The notes under the pieces were generated by a model. The model searched no databases. It saw only the letters and a list, made by a program, of their open reading frames with translations, and was not told the origin of the DNA. A stretch of 64,000 bases of DNA, from assembly GCA_964220215.1 (NCBI GenBank), contig CAXPTH010000008.1, positions 1 to 64,000 of the forward strand. Reading direction: 5' to 3'. Position numbers and translations under genes: made by a program. Numbering within the stretch: position 1 is the first letter of the stretch; each line of letters begins with the position of its first letter. Source of the stretch: Alteromonas sp. (lineage in GTDB: Bacteria; Margulisbacteria; Marinamargulisbacteria; UBA6595). This document shows positions 8,972 through 19,502 of this stretch, in pieces.

Positions 8972-10687
8972 ATGAGTGTATGGGTGTTGTTGGGCATTGT
9001 TATGGGTGGGTATTGGCTGGCGTATCACACGGTTGGTCGGTATTTAGCTCAAAAAATTTTTAAACTGGATGCCAACAATCCCGTGCCATCCAGAACACAT
9101 GCAGATGGCTGTGATTATGTGGCGTCTGAAAAACCGGTGATGTTTGGGCATCATTTTACGTCCATTGCCGGCACAGGACCGATTGTGGGGCCAGCCATTG
9201 GGGTGATCTGGGGGTGGTTGCCAGCTGTCTTATGGGTGTTTTTTGGGGCTGTGTTTATGGGGGCCGTGCATGATTTTGCATCCCTCGTGATATCGGTACG
9301 GCATCATGGCCGGTCGGTGTCTTGGTTAATTGGCCAATATGTGGGGCCACGTGTTCGGCACGTCTTTTTTATTTTGGTGTTTTTAGCGTTGCTCATTGTC
9401 ATTGCTATTTTTGGTATGATTATTGCCCTAATTTTTGCTCAATTTCCCCAGTCGGTGTTGCCGGTTTGGTTTGAAATACCGATTGCCATTGGGCTTGGGT
9501 ATTGCACGATGAAATTTCGATTCAAATTGGGTGTCATGACCGCCATTGCCGTTGGTATAATGTATGCAACAGTGGTGCTGGGTGCGTATGTTCCCATTCG
9601 CTTGCCGGATGTTTCCTGGATGCCGGCAACGGGAAGTTGGACCCTAATTTTGTTGGCTTATGCATACGTTGCCTCCACGCTGCCGGTACAAACGCTTATG
9701 CAACCGCGGGATTTTATGAATGCATGGCAGTTGTACATTGCCTTGGGGCTGATTGTATTGGGAATTATAGCGGCTGGGCCAGGGGTTTCCATGACGGCTC
9801 CGGCTGTTCAGCTGGCACCCACGGGAGCCCCATCGCTATGGCCATTTCTATGTATTACGATTGCGTGCGGAGCCATTTCTGGGTTTCACTGCTTGGTGTG
9901 TTCGGGCACATCATCCAAGCAATTGGCGGCTGAAACCGATGCAAAGCTGGTGGGGTATGGCTCCATGTTGGTGGAATCGGCCCTGGCTGTAATTGTGATT
10001 GTTGCGGTGACAGCCGGTTTAAGCTTAGCGTACACGCACAATGGCAGTGTGCTAACGGGTTTGAATGCCTGGAGCGTGCATTACGGCTCATGGGCGGCTA
10101 GTGCTGGCTTGGCGTCCAAATTGTCTGCTGTGGTGGTGGGTTGCGCCAACTTTTTGGCCTATTTGGGGATTTCTCAGCCCATTGCCTATGCCATTATTGG
10201 CGTATTTATTGCATCGTTTGCGGGTACAACATTGGATACAGCGACACGCATTCAACGCTATATTTTGTCTGAATGGGGTGCCGGTATTCCAGCACTTCAA
10301 AACCGATGGATTAGCACAGCGGTGGTCATAGGAAGCGCGGCGGTTGTAGCGTTTTCATCGGGTGTGAACGGAACGGGAGCCCTGGCGCTGTGGCCATTAT
10401 TTGGGGCTGTGAATCAAGTGCTGGCTGGGTTGGCGCTGTTGGTAGCGACCCTTTATTTGCGCAAGAAAACACGGATCGCTTGGCTGGTTACAGGGATTCC
10501 GTGTGGTGCCATGATGGGCATTGCGTTATGGGCATCCATTCTAAATCAAGCGCAGTTTATGCAATCCTTTAATAGTTTGTTGAGTGGTTTAAACGGTGTG
10601 ATTTTAATTTTGGTTTTGATTATTGGTGTTGAATTGGTTGGTGTTTTTTTGCAACGGAAACGTGGTATCATAAATTCTGTACAATGA
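8972..10687 (+). CDS. cstA: Carbon starvation protein A (peptide/pyruvate transporter)
   Basis: FGHHFTSIAGTGPIVGP, ITIACGAISGFH, TTLDTATR. Confidence 0.93.
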   Translation: MSVWVLLGIVMGGYWLAYHTVGRYLAQKIFKLDANNPVPSRTHADGCDYVASEKPVMFGHHFTSIAGTGPIVGPAIGVIWGWLPAVLWVFFGAVFMGAVHDFASLVISVRHHGRSVSWLIGQYVGPRVRHVFFILVFLALLIVIAIFGMIIALIFAQFPQSVLPVWFEIPIAIGLGYCTMKFRFKLGVMTAIAVGIMYATVVLGAYVPIRLPDVSWMPATGSWTLILLAYAYVASTLPVQTLMQPRDFMNAWQLYIALGLIVLGIIAAGPGVSMTAPAVQLAPTGAPSLWPFLCITIACGAISGFHCLVCSGTSSKQLAAETDAKLVGYGSMLVESALAVIVIVAVTAGLSLAYTHNGSVLTGLNAWSVHYGSWAASAGLASKLSAVVVGCANFLAYLGISQPIAYAIIGVFIASFAGTTLDTATRIQRYILSEWGAGIPALQNRWISTAVVIGSAAVVAFSSGVNGTGALALWPLFGAVNQVLAGLALLVATLYLRKKTRIAWLVTGIPCGAMMGIALWASILNQAQFMQSFNSLLSGLNGVILILVLIIGVELVGVFLQRKRGIINSVQ

Positions 10688-13600
10688 CAGTCAAACAAAG
10701 TGACAAAATCAGTATAATTCAGCAGTGGTTATCGGATTGGGAAACCGACACACTGGTTTGTCAGTATGGGGCCTTGCTTTTGGAGCTATTGCCGTTGGAT
10801 ATTGTGCATTTGCATGATCAGGCATGGTGGCATCAATTTCTAGTGAACCGATTGACCCATATTCAGGATGCGGTTCAGGATGGGTCCGGCATTTGGGTGC
10901 ATGCGCCATCGCAAGCTCAAATTAATCAAGCATGGGGACTTGATATTGTATACCCGGACGCAGACAAATTGTTTTTTACCTTGCAAACCGTGATCCGAGA
11001 ATGCGATCTTCGGGTTACCGTTTCTCTGCATCCAATGATTAGTATTCAGGTTGATTCAAACGGATGTTTGACGGACATTGCACGTCCACACGCATCGAGT
11101 ACCCGCGTGGTATCCTCGGTGTACATTGAATTTGAACGATTGCCCGATACACTAACCATCCAAGACTTACAGGCGCGCATTGCCATGCACATGGCCGCAG
11201 TCCAAGTGTGTCATCAAGCGCAGTCGGCTATTGCGCATCGGGTATCTGATATTCAATCAGCAATCGGTACAATTGACGGGGCATCGGAATTGGAAAAAAC
11301 CGAATGGAGTAATTTATTAACATGGCTGGGGGATAACTTTTTTTATTATGGCTACGAATGCTTTGATATTGTTGGGGCCAACCCACAATCGTTAACAGCC
11401 ACCCCGGTGGCCGGTACCCAGTTGGGAATTCTATCGGATGATTATCGGTCGATTGATACGGCGGGCATACACAATGCGTTGCAGCGCCAAGTGAACAAAA
11501 AATTGGCGCATCCCCATTTGTTTTATTTTGATCGGATTCAGGCTCGAAGCCCCATTCAGCGATTTGCATTGTTAATGCGGCTTAGTTTTAAAGTTAAGCA
11601 ATCGGATGGCCATTGGCATGACCATAACTTTTTGGGGATTTTACGGCGAAGTTCTTTGAATGTTAAAAATTTGGAAACGCCGTTAATTCATTTGAAAATG
11701 AAGTATATTTTTGATGCTCGCCAGTTGTTGCCCGGTAGTTACAATCACTATGAAGTGATTCGTTTATTTATGGGTATCCCCAAATTTGAGTTATTTCGCA
11801 GTTCAAAAGAAACGCTATTGGATATGGTGGATAGCATGATGTCGATCATTAATCCCAATCGGGTGCGCTGCTTTATTCATGAAAAGCCAGCGTTTAATAC
11901 CGTTTGTTTTTTTGTGTATGTTCCCTTTCATGTGTATACTCCGGCCAATTGTGCAGCGATACAGGACTATTTGAAGCAAGCAGTAGGGACTGATTGCGAC
12001 ATGGAAGTGGTGGATATTTTTGACGTGGATAAGCCTCGGCTTCATATTTATTTTGAGTCTAAACAGCCCTTGCCGAGCTTTGATTTTGAGGGTATTAATC
12101 ATGGGTTGAACCAACGGATTCAGCCGTGGTCTACCCAAGTCAAACAGTTGTTTGAACAGCAGGGGATTGCGGATGCTGTTCAAGATGAATGGGTTCGAAT
12201 GATGCCCACCGATTACCAAGCACGAACCACGCCCAAACAGGCTGTTCATGATTGTTTGGCGTTGACACTATTGTCGGATTCCAAGCCTGTGGATAGTCGT
12301 TTGACACGATTTTTAACGCCCGATAGTCACCATGATAATAAGGTGTCGCTGTTGTCAATTTATACCAAAACAAAGCTTCGGTTGTATGATATGTTGCCAA
12401 TACTAGAGAACCTGGGGTTGTTGGTATTGGATCAATTAACCACCCGATTTCGATTGCCTGGTAGTGTGGATGATGGGTTGGGCTATGTGCAATCGTATCG
12501 ATTAATGACAAAAGCTAAGGAGCCACTGGATGAGCCTGTGTATCAGGAGCCGTTGGCCGATGTCATTGGGGCTATTTTTCGGAAAGAAGTACAAAATGAT
12601 GGGTTGAATCAGTTGGTGCTTAACACGCAATTAAATTATCGGGATGTTAATGTCTTAAGAACGTATTGCCAGTTGTATGCGCAATTGCAGCCCATGTATG
12701 CCAAAGGGCTAACCCATATTTTGAATCAATATCCCGATTGTACGGAGCAGCTGGCGCGGTATTTTATAGCTAAATTCAACCCGGAATTGGCCGAGTCTGC
12801 GCAGGATCGAGCGGAGCAGTGGTTGCCAGATTTGGAGCAGCAGTTTTTTGACTTAATCAAACCGATTCAAAATCTATCGGATGATCGGGTGTTTCGTGAG
12901 TTGTTTATGTTGGTTCAAGCAACAGCCAGGACCAATGCGTATCAGCATGATCGGCTCAGTGGCACAGCGATTGCGATTAAGATTCATAGTCATGGTGTGC
13001 CATTTATGCCAAAGCCAACGCCATGGGTTGAAATTTATGTCCAAGACACCTTTTTAGATGGCGTGCATTTGCGGTTTGGCCCCGTATCCCGTGGGGGGCT
13101 TCGGTGGTCCTCCAGGCCCAATGATTTCCGAACTGAAATTCTGGGCTTGGTTAAAGCGCAAACCCTTAAAAACGTGCTCATTGTTCCCGATGGGTCCAAG
13201 GGCGGTTTTGTGGTTCGTATGGATTCCGATGTTGACGACACGGCCGCCTTTGTTCAGAGTCAATACCAACGGTTTATTGCAGCGTTATTGGATGTTACCG
13301 ATAATAAGGCTCCCGATGGGTCAATACTTCCACCGAAGCACTGTGTGCTATACGATGCGGATGATCCCTATTTGGTGGTTGCTGCTGACAAGGGAACGGC
13401 AACGTTTTCAGATTTAGCCAATGCGGTGTCGAGTCAATACAATTTTTGGCTTGGGGATGCGTTTGCGTCGGGTGGCCAAGCCGGATATGACCACAAAAAA
13501 GAAGGCATTACGGCCCGGGGTGCTTGGGAATGTGTTAAATTGCATTGTATGGATCGTGGCGTGGATTGTCAGCGTGATCCAGTTACCGTTGTGGGCATTG

Positions 13601-15306
13601 GGGACATGAGCGGGGATGTGTTTGGCAATGGTTTGTTGCGTAGCGAATCGGTTCGTTTGTTGGCCGCTTTTAATCATTGTCATATTTTTGTTGATCCCAC
13701 CCCGGATCCGGCCATTAGTTATGCTGAGCGCAAGCGTTTATTTGAATTGCCTCGCTCGTCGTGGACCGATTATCAGGCGGATTGCATTAGTTCGGGTGGG
13801 GGTGTTTTTGATCGGGACGCCAAAGCCATTGCGATTACACCCGAAATGAAACAGGTGTTTGGCATTGAATCCGATGTATTAAGTGGGGTTGAATTGATTC
13901 AAGCGGTGCTGTCGGCGTCGGTTGATTTAATTTGGTTTGGGGGTATAGGAACGTATATTAAAGGCATGCATGAACGGCATTCAACGGTCGGGGATCCAGC
14001 GAATGATGATTGCCGAATTGATGCCCAATTGGTACGTGCGTCTGTGATTGGTGAGGGCGCCAATTTGGGCATTACTGAGGCTGCTCGTGAGGAGTTGAGT
14101 TTGCGTGGTGTTGCGTTAAATACCGATGCCATTGATAATTCGGCGGGTGTTAATATGTCGGATTATGAAGTGAATTTAAAAATTCTATGTCAGCAATTGT
14201 TGGCGGATGGGGTATTGGCGAGCGATGCCGATCGCAATCAATTGTTGGGCTCGATTGTGGATGAGGTGTCAGAGCTGTGCTTGCAAAACAACCGGGCGCA
14301 GCATCGGTCAATTAGTTTGGATAGTCGCCGGGCCAATCAAAATTTGACCGCCTTTCGTCAAGCTATTTTAGACTTGCGCCGGATCGACGAGTCTCCGGAG
14401 GCCCAGGCCATTGAAGCAACTATTCTAAATCCACGATCAACAGGCTTGACCCGGCCCATGTTGAGTGTGTTTCAGGCAAAGATCAAGCATCAGATTATTC
14501 AGCAAGTGTCTGAGGATTGGGACGCCAATCATCCCTTGTTTCAGGTGTATTTGGAGCAGTACTTTCCTCAGACAATTGCGGATACCTATTTGCCTTACAT
14601 TCATCAGCATCCCTTGGCCGGTCGAATTTCAGCCATGCAAGTGGTTAATCACGTCATTAATCATGCCGGCTGTGGGGCCATTCCGACGATGGTTGCGCAA
14701 ACCGGACAGGACTGTGTGTCGGTATTGCAACTGTATTGTTTAGCCTATGCCATTATGGGTGTGTGCCAAAGCCCGGAGTTAGAGGCATGGATTCGGCATG
14801 AAAAACGCGTGAATACTTTTGTGTATGAGGCCCTCATGTATGGTGATTATGCAGCTATTTTAGCTTCAACAGCTACGCATCGTGTTACGGCTAAGGCGAT
14901 AAACGATGCCACCGATGTCCCATTTTTTTTGCTCATACAGTTGGTTGAGAACCAGGGCATGCCTGTGAATGATGCGAATCAATGGCTGATGCGTTACGAT
15001 CACTATTTTGGTTTTTCTCGTATTCAGGAGTATATTCAAGGCATGCCTATTGATACCAAATGGTCATGGGTGAAGCAATCCATGATGACTGCGTCATTGA
15101 GCCGGTATCGTCATGCGTTGTTGAACCCGGTTGCTGAACAGTGGCCAACAGAAACGGCGTGGTTACCGGAGCACTGGGGATTGCTTCAGGACTATCAAGC
15201 GATCGTGCAGGATTTAAACGATCGTTCGGGTGGCTCGTCGGACATTATTGATGTTGTACTGGCCAAATTGGCGACACTGGTCCATGCCATGCAAGTTCAT
15301 GCCTAG
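10684..15306 (+). CDS. gdhB: Large NAD-specific glutamate dehydrogenase
   Basis: GVHLRFGPVSRGGLRWS, DPYLVVAADKGTATFSD, GYDHKKEGITARGAWE, GIGDMSGDVFGNG. Confidence 0.93.
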   Translation: MTVKQSDKISIIQQWLSDWETDTLVCQYGALLLELLPLDIVHLHDQAWWHQFLVNRLTHIQDAVQDGSGIWVHAPSQAQINQAWGLDIVYPDADKLFFTLQTVIRECDLRVTVSLHPMISIQVDSNGCLTDIARPHASSTRVVSSVYIEFERLPDTLTIQDLQARIAMHMAAVQVCHQAQSAIAHRVSDIQSAIGTIDGASELEKTEWSNLLTWLGDNFFYYGYECFDIVGANPQSLTATPVAGTQLGILSDDYRSIDTAGIHNALQRQVNKKLAHPHLFYFDRIQARSPIQRFALLMRLSFKVKQSDGHWHDHNFLGILRRSSLNVKNLETPLIHLKMKYIFDARQLLPGSYNHYEVIRLFMGIPKFELFRSSKETLLDMVDSMMSIINPNRVRCFIHEKPAFNTVCFFVYVPFHVYTPANCAAIQDYLKQAVGTDCDMEVVDIFDVDKPRLHIYFESKQPLPSFDFEGINHGLNQRIQPWSTQVKQLFEQQGIADAVQDEWVRMMPTDYQARTTPKQAVHDCLALTLLSDSKPVDSRLTRFLTPDSHHDNKVSLLSIYTKTKLRLYDMLPILENLGLLVLDQLTTRFRLPGSVDDGLGYVQSYRLMTKAKEPLDEPVYQEPLADVIGAIFRKEVQNDGLNQLVLNTQLNYRDVNVLRTYCQLYAQLQPMYAKGLTHILNQYPDCTEQLARYFIAKFNPELAESAQDRAEQWLPDLEQQFFDLIKPIQNLSDDRVFRELFMLVQATARTNAYQHDRLSGTAIAIKIHSHGVPFMPKPTPWVEIYVQDTFLDGVHLRFGPVSRGGLRWSSRPNDFRTEILGLVKAQTLKNVLIVPDGSKGGFVVRMDSDVDDTAAFVQSQYQRFIAALLDVTDNKAPDGSILPPKHCVLYDADDPYLVVAADKGTATFSDLANAVSSQYNFWLGDAFASGGQAGYDHKKEGITARGAWECVKLHCMDRGVDCQRDPVTVVGIGDMSGDVFGNGLLRSESVRLLAAFNHCHIFVDPTPDPAISYAERKRLFELPRSSWTDYQADCISSGGGVFDRDAKAIAITPEMKQVFGIESDVLSGVELIQAVLSASVDLIWFGGIGTYIKGMHERHSTVGDPANDDCRIDAQLVRASVIGEGANLGITEAAREELSLRGVALNTDAIDNSAGVNMSDYEVNLKILCQQLLADGVLASDADRNQLLGSIVDEVSELCLQNNRAQHRSISLDSRRANQNLTAFRQAILDLRRIDESPEAQAIEATILNPRSTGLTRPMLSVFQAKIKHQIIQQVSEDWDANHPLFQVYLEQYFPQTIADTYLPYIHQHPLAGRISAMQVVNHVINHAGCGAIPTMVAQTGQDCVSVLQLYCLAYAIMGVCQSPELEAWIRHEKRVNTFVYEALMYGDYAAILASTATHRVTAKAINDATDVPFFLLIQLVENQGMPVNDANQWLMRYDHYFGFSRIQEYIQGMPIDTKWSWVKQSMMTASLSRYRHALLNPVAEQWPTETAWLPEHWGLLQDYQAIVQDLNDRSGGSSDIIDVVLAKLATLVHAMQVHA

Positions 15307-15343
15307 ATTTCAACGATAACTGTAATAGGGTAAAAAATATACA

Positions 15344-16618
15344 ATGGGCAATAGTATTAGTACAAATGCAGGGTTTAGCTTGAATGGACCGGTTATTTAT
15401 CCGAGTTCCAAAGAAAAGCCGCAACAGATTCAGTCCGCCGAATCTTCGGAAGAAGCATCGGAGGCGTCGTTAAAGGCAACCCGTAATACAGGGGCAGCGA
15501 GTCCCAGTACGGAGGCTAGTCAAGCTACCCAGTCCCAAGCGGCCAAACAGGCTGAATCAGCGCAGTCTCCAGCGGCTCAAAGTCGGCGTATGGCAGAAGC
15601 GGATATTGCGGATCAGTTGGTTAAGTTGGGGTACCCAACAACGTCTGAAAATCGCCATTTGGCGAGTCAGATGACGCAATACGGTGTGCCATTATCTCAA
15701 GAAAATTTCCAGGCATTGCTCAAAGAATTAAAAGGCCGTCCTGGCCAAGAAAATATAGAAGCATCTGTGGTGTCGTTGCTGAAAGGGTTGGCGGGATTGG
15801 GACGCTCGGTGGATATTTTAGCGCCTTATTTTGCCAATCAAGTTTCAGTGGATTCTGCTGCCAATCAGTTGATCCGTGCGTTGAGTCAATTTCAGTCCCA
15901 TTTGAGCAGCCCGTTGCGGGGATTTGATGCCGCAATGTTGACGCAGCTGTCCGGTATTATTGGTAGTTTGATTGATGATTTGAAACGATTTCAAACATTA
16001 CTAAGCAAAGTTTCGGGCCAATACAATGGGGATGTGTTGACCCGTTCGTTATTGGCATTTAGTCAGTTGTTAAATGGGATGGAGCAGCGATGGCTGATGC
16101 AGGAGCAGGCCAAGCAGGCGCCGTTTCATCGGGATCTTAAACAATTGAAGCAGTCGGGCTACGATTTTTTAAATGCCCAGCTGGTTCAGTCTATTTTATC
16201 TCAAAATAATCAATCGGCGTATCCGGTTCAAACCGATCAGTTTTTTTATTGGTCGTTGCCAAACCCAATGTATCAGAATCGAGACGTGGATGTTTTGGTT
16301 CGGAAAAGCCCATCGGAGCCGGATCACTTGGATGTTAAGCGAACCCGGTTGATTGTCCAGCTAGAGACCCCAGAATTGGGCGAAATTACCGTCATTATTG
16401 ACATTTTAAATGACGTCGTATGGTACACCGTTAATGCGGATAAAAAAGAAACGAAAGAGGCGTTATTGTCGATGCGTGACACACTGGCTGCGCAATTAAA
16501 GGCGGCAAAATTTAATTTGCGGGGGTTTGCCACAACGGATCAACGGGTGGATGTTAAAGCTTTGTTATTGCCCAGAGGAAACTTGGATGATGTGGTTCGG
16601 ATTGAGGTTGAGGCATGA
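15344..16618 (+). CDS. Flagellar hook-length control FliK-like protein
   Basis: Low-complexity S/A/Q N-terminus; C-terminal LETPELGEITV motif; adjacent to an FlhB-like gene. Confidence 0.6.
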   Translation: MGNSISTNAGFSLNGPVIYPSSKEKPQQIQSAESSEEASEASLKATRNTGAASPSTEASQATQSQAAKQAESAQSPAAQSRRMAEADIADQLVKLGYPTTSENRHLASQMTQYGVPLSQENFQALLKELKGRPGQENIEASVVSLLKGLAGLGRSVDILAPYFANQVSVDSAANQLIRALSQFQSHLSSPLRGFDAAMLTQLSGIIGSLIDDLKRFQTLLSKVSGQYNGDVLTRSLLAFSQLLNGMEQRWLMQEQAKQAPFHRDLKQLKQSGYDFLNAQLVQSILSQNNQSAYPVQTDQFFYWSLPNPMYQNRDVDVLVRKSPSEPDHLDVKRTRLIVQLETPELGEITVIIDILNDVVWYTVNADKKETKEALLSMRDTLAAQLKAAKFNLRGFATTDQRVDVKALLLPRGNLDDVVRIEVEA

Positions 16619-16965
16619 GCCAGCCAGATAAACGCATTAAACGGTATGTTGACGAGCTTAGCACAACGGATCCGGCCAAGCGCAAAGCCATTGCCATTCA
16701 GTATAATGTTGATGCGGATCAAGTGCCGCGCATTGTGGCGGCGGGGCAGGGGGATTTGGCGGATAAAATTTTGAAAATGGCGGAAGAACATAACATAGTA
16801 TTGTTTGAAGACCCGTCGTTGTCAGACCTTATGAGCAAATTAGATATTAATAAAAGCATTCCATTGGCCTTGTTCCCTTTGGTGGCAGAAGTGTTGGCTA
16901 TTGTGTACAAATTGGATAGCATGGCTAAAAAGCGGCAAGCGATTAAAAATAAAAAGAAAAAATAA
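16615..16965 (+). CDS. FlhB cytoplasmic-domain-like protein (EscU/YscU/HrcU family, FlhX/YlqH type)
   Basis: KAIAIQY...PRIVAAGQGDLADKILKMAEEHNI...IP..LFPLVAEVL. Confidence 0.85.
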   Translation: MSQPDKRIKRYVDELSTTDPAKRKAIAIQYNVDADQVPRIVAAGQGDLADKILKMAEEHNIVLFEDPSLSDLMSKLDINKSIPLALFPLVAEVLAIVYKLDSMAKKRQAIKNKKKK

Positions 16966-17024
16966 CGATTATTCAATGAAAATGTTTAAAAACTTGTACA
17001 TTGAGGAATAAACAAGGTATTATT

Positions 17025-17873
17025 ATGAAAGTGATTGGTAATAAAAAATGGTTTTTGTATGCAATCCTTGGGGTTTGTTTCATTAGTTTTGGGGTCCATG
17101 CCTTAGACATGACAGCACCGTATGATCCGGAAAAAGATCCGTTAATTGTGGATAAATCGGATGTTATGATGAACCCACGTATGGTCGCTGAGTTAATTTA
17201 TCCCACCCAAGCAATGCCAGTCTATGAGGAGCATTTTAATGCGTTTGAAGCCTACACGGCGAATCAAATGACACCGGGGTACAAAGAATATTCGTTTGGG
17301 AATGTTTCGAAAGAGGGTATGGTGTATGGACGAAAGTTTTTTCGATTGGGACAAGGTCCCCCCATTGAAACGGGTCAACCGTTGGATGTTTACGTTGAAG
17401 GCAAAGCGTTTTTTGTGATTCAAGGTCCCTTTGGTCAGGGTTATACCCGGGATGGTCGGTTTGTTATTGATAGTTATGGTCGGTTAGCCACATTTTCAGA
17501 TTATTTTTTAGTGATGGGTGAGAACGGCCCCATTGTTTTGGATAGCCCAGAGTCTATTTATATAAATTCAGAAGGGGAGATCTTTCGAAACGAACGCATG
17601 GTTGATAAAATTCGGTTGGTTCAATTTGCTAATTTAGGGGAGATAGATTCCTTTAATTCGCATATTTTTTACCCAATTAATGGCCCGAACGCCATTGCTC
17701 TGGAAGAAAATCCAAAGTACTACATTCGGCAAGGATTTTATGAAGGATCCGCTGTTGTGAAGGGCTTAATTGGCGAAGTTCCACGGTTTAAACATGGGTA
17801 TTTGGCGAGTGCTTATACGGTGCAACGAGCGTTAAAAATGTACCAAACCGCATTGACAATGGGGTCTCCCTGA
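17025..17873 (+). CDS. flgF: FlgF/FlgG-family rod protein with N-terminal signal peptide
   Basis: ANQMTPGYK, TGQPLDVYVEG..FF, YTRDGRF..D..G.L; start taken as ATG 17025. Confidence 0.65.
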   Translation: MKVIGNKKWFLYAILGVCFISFGVHALDMTAPYDPEKDPLIVDKSDVMMNPRMVAELIYPTQAMPVYEEHFNAFEAYTANQMTPGYKEYSFGNVSKEGMVYGRKFFRLGQGPPIETGQPLDVYVEGKAFFVIQGPFGQGYTRDGRFVIDSYGRLATFSDYFLVMGENGPIVLDSPESIYINSEGEIFRNERMVDKIRLVQFANLGEIDSFNSHIFYPINGPNAIALEENPKYYIRQGFYEGSAVVKGLIGEVPRFKHGYLASAYTVQRALKMYQTALTMGSP

Positions 17874-17895
17874 CTGGTATAATAGGAGGTAATAT

Positions 17896-18693
17896 ATGAT
17901 TATTGGGTTTAATATAGCGGCTACAGCATTAACTGCAATACAAGAGTCTTTGGCCATTAATACGTCCAATATTTCCAATGCAATGACAGGAGCATACAAG
18001 ACCCGGCGGGCGGAATTAGAGAATAACTTTCCGTTCTTATTATCGGATGCAATGACGGATACGATTGATGAGGGATTTGATGCTAAAGGCCGTAAAAAAC
18101 GGGTGTATGAAATTGGGACCGGGGTTCGCATTGCGGATGTGAGCATGGATATGACGCAAGGCAAGCTAGATCAAACCAATCGAGAATACGATATGGCCAT
18201 TAATGGTCTGGGATTTTTTAAGCTCAAGCAACCAACAGGTGAGACGGTCTATGCTAGGTCAGGCGTGTTCAAGCGCGATAAAAAGGGGTATATCGTGGAT
18301 TTGTTTGGCAACCGCTTGGATCCGGCTGTGCGAGTGCCCGATGCGGTCAAATCGGTTCAGGTGGGCATGGATGGGCGAATTGCGGTTGTATATCCGGGCA
18401 ATGATTCTCAACCGCGGTACATTGGACAAATTCGCTTGGCTGTCTTTGACAATCCTGAAAATTTACAAGCCTTGGGCAACAATGTTTATGCACAAACGGA
18501 GTCGGCTGGCCAGCTGCATATGATTTACCCCAATCAGAAACAAGCCGGGGATGTCATGCAAGGGTTTGTAGAAAGTTCGAATGTAAATATTGTCGATCAA
18601 ATGATGAAGTTGGTGCTCAATCAACGCAATTTTAAAATTAGTACGAAAGCCTTTTTGGTGTCTGACGCCATTATGAAGGCCGGTAGTAGTTAA
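17896..18693 (+). CDS. flgG: Flagellar basal-body rod protein FlgG-like (copy 1)
   Basis: NISNAMTGAYK, IGTGVR, DMAINGLGFF, QGFVESSNVN; GGAGG RBS. Confidence 0.8.
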   Translation: MIIGFNIAATALTAIQESLAINTSNISNAMTGAYKTRRAELENNFPFLLSDAMTDTIDEGFDAKGRKKRVYEIGTGVRIADVSMDMTQGKLDQTNREYDMAINGLGFFKLKQPTGETVYARSGVFKRDKKGYIVDLFGNRLDPAVRVPDAVKSVQVGMDGRIAVVYPGNDSQPRYIGQIRLAVFDNPENLQALGNNVYAQTESAGQLHMIYPNQKQAGDVMQGFVESSNVNIVDQMMKLVLNQRNFKISTKAFLVSDAIMKAGSS

Positions 18694-18707
18694 GGAGGTT
18701 AAACGCG

Positions 18708-19502
18708 ATGATTCAACAGTTTTATATATCAACAACAGCTTTATCAGCGTATCAGAAAATGATGATTAACATCACCAACGATGTGGCGAATGCCCAAACA
18801 CCGGGATACAAAGGCAGTCGGGTTGAGCTTGAAGCTCTATTTCCAGGCATGCTTGAGGATGAAGTGCAAAATCAATATGGCAGCAATGCCAAAAAAAAGA
18901 AAGTGTATTATGGCTCTGGGGTTAAGATTGCAGATGTTTTGCGAGATTTCCAACAAGGACGTGTTGAAATTACCGGAAAGCCATTGGATTTAGCCATTAA
19001 TGGTAAGGGTTTTTTCCAATTTCGGCTACCCGATGGCAGCATTGGTTATGGTCGTGCGGGTAACTTGCAGAAAGATCGCAACGGTTATCTGGTTGACCCG
19101 AATGGCAATATGCTAAGCCCATCCATCCGAATTCCTAGTGGGACGACGTCGGTGAGTATTGATGGTCAGGGACGCGTGTTTGTTCAAGAAAATGAAAGTG
19201 CGCAATCGCGTGAAATTGGTCAAATTACGTTGGCACAATTTGAAAACCCCAATGCCTTGCAATCCATTGGCCATAACATGTATTTGGAAACAACGCTTTC
19301 AGGGCCACCGTCCGTTTACACACCGGGTGACCGGGGGTTGGGTCAAATTCAACAAAATTCGTTGGAACTTTCCAATGTTAACGTGGTTAAAAAGATGATG
19401 GAGATGGTTATTGTTCAGCGTTCGTTCACTTTGGCAGCTAATGCCATTCAAAGTGGTAATGAAATGTTGAAAGCAGCCGAAGAAATTGCGAAAGGTAACT
19501 AA
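18708..19502 (+). CDS. flgG: Flagellar basal-body rod protein FlgG-like (copy 2)
   Basis: VANAQTPGYK, DLAINGKGFFQ, LELSNVNVV; AAGGAGG RBS. Confidence 0.85.
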   Translation: MIQQFYISTTALSAYQKMMINITNDVANAQTPGYKGSRVELEALFPGMLEDEVQNQYGSNAKKKKVYYGSGVKIADVLRDFQQGRVEITGKPLDLAINGKGFFQFRLPDGSIGYGRAGNLQKDRNGYLVDPNGNMLSPSIRIPSGTTSVSIDGQGRVFVQENESAQSREIGQITLAQFENPNALQSIGHNMYLETTLSGPPSVYTPGDRGLGQIQQNSLELSNVNVVKKMMEMVIVQRSFTLAANAIQSGNEMLKAAEEIAKGN

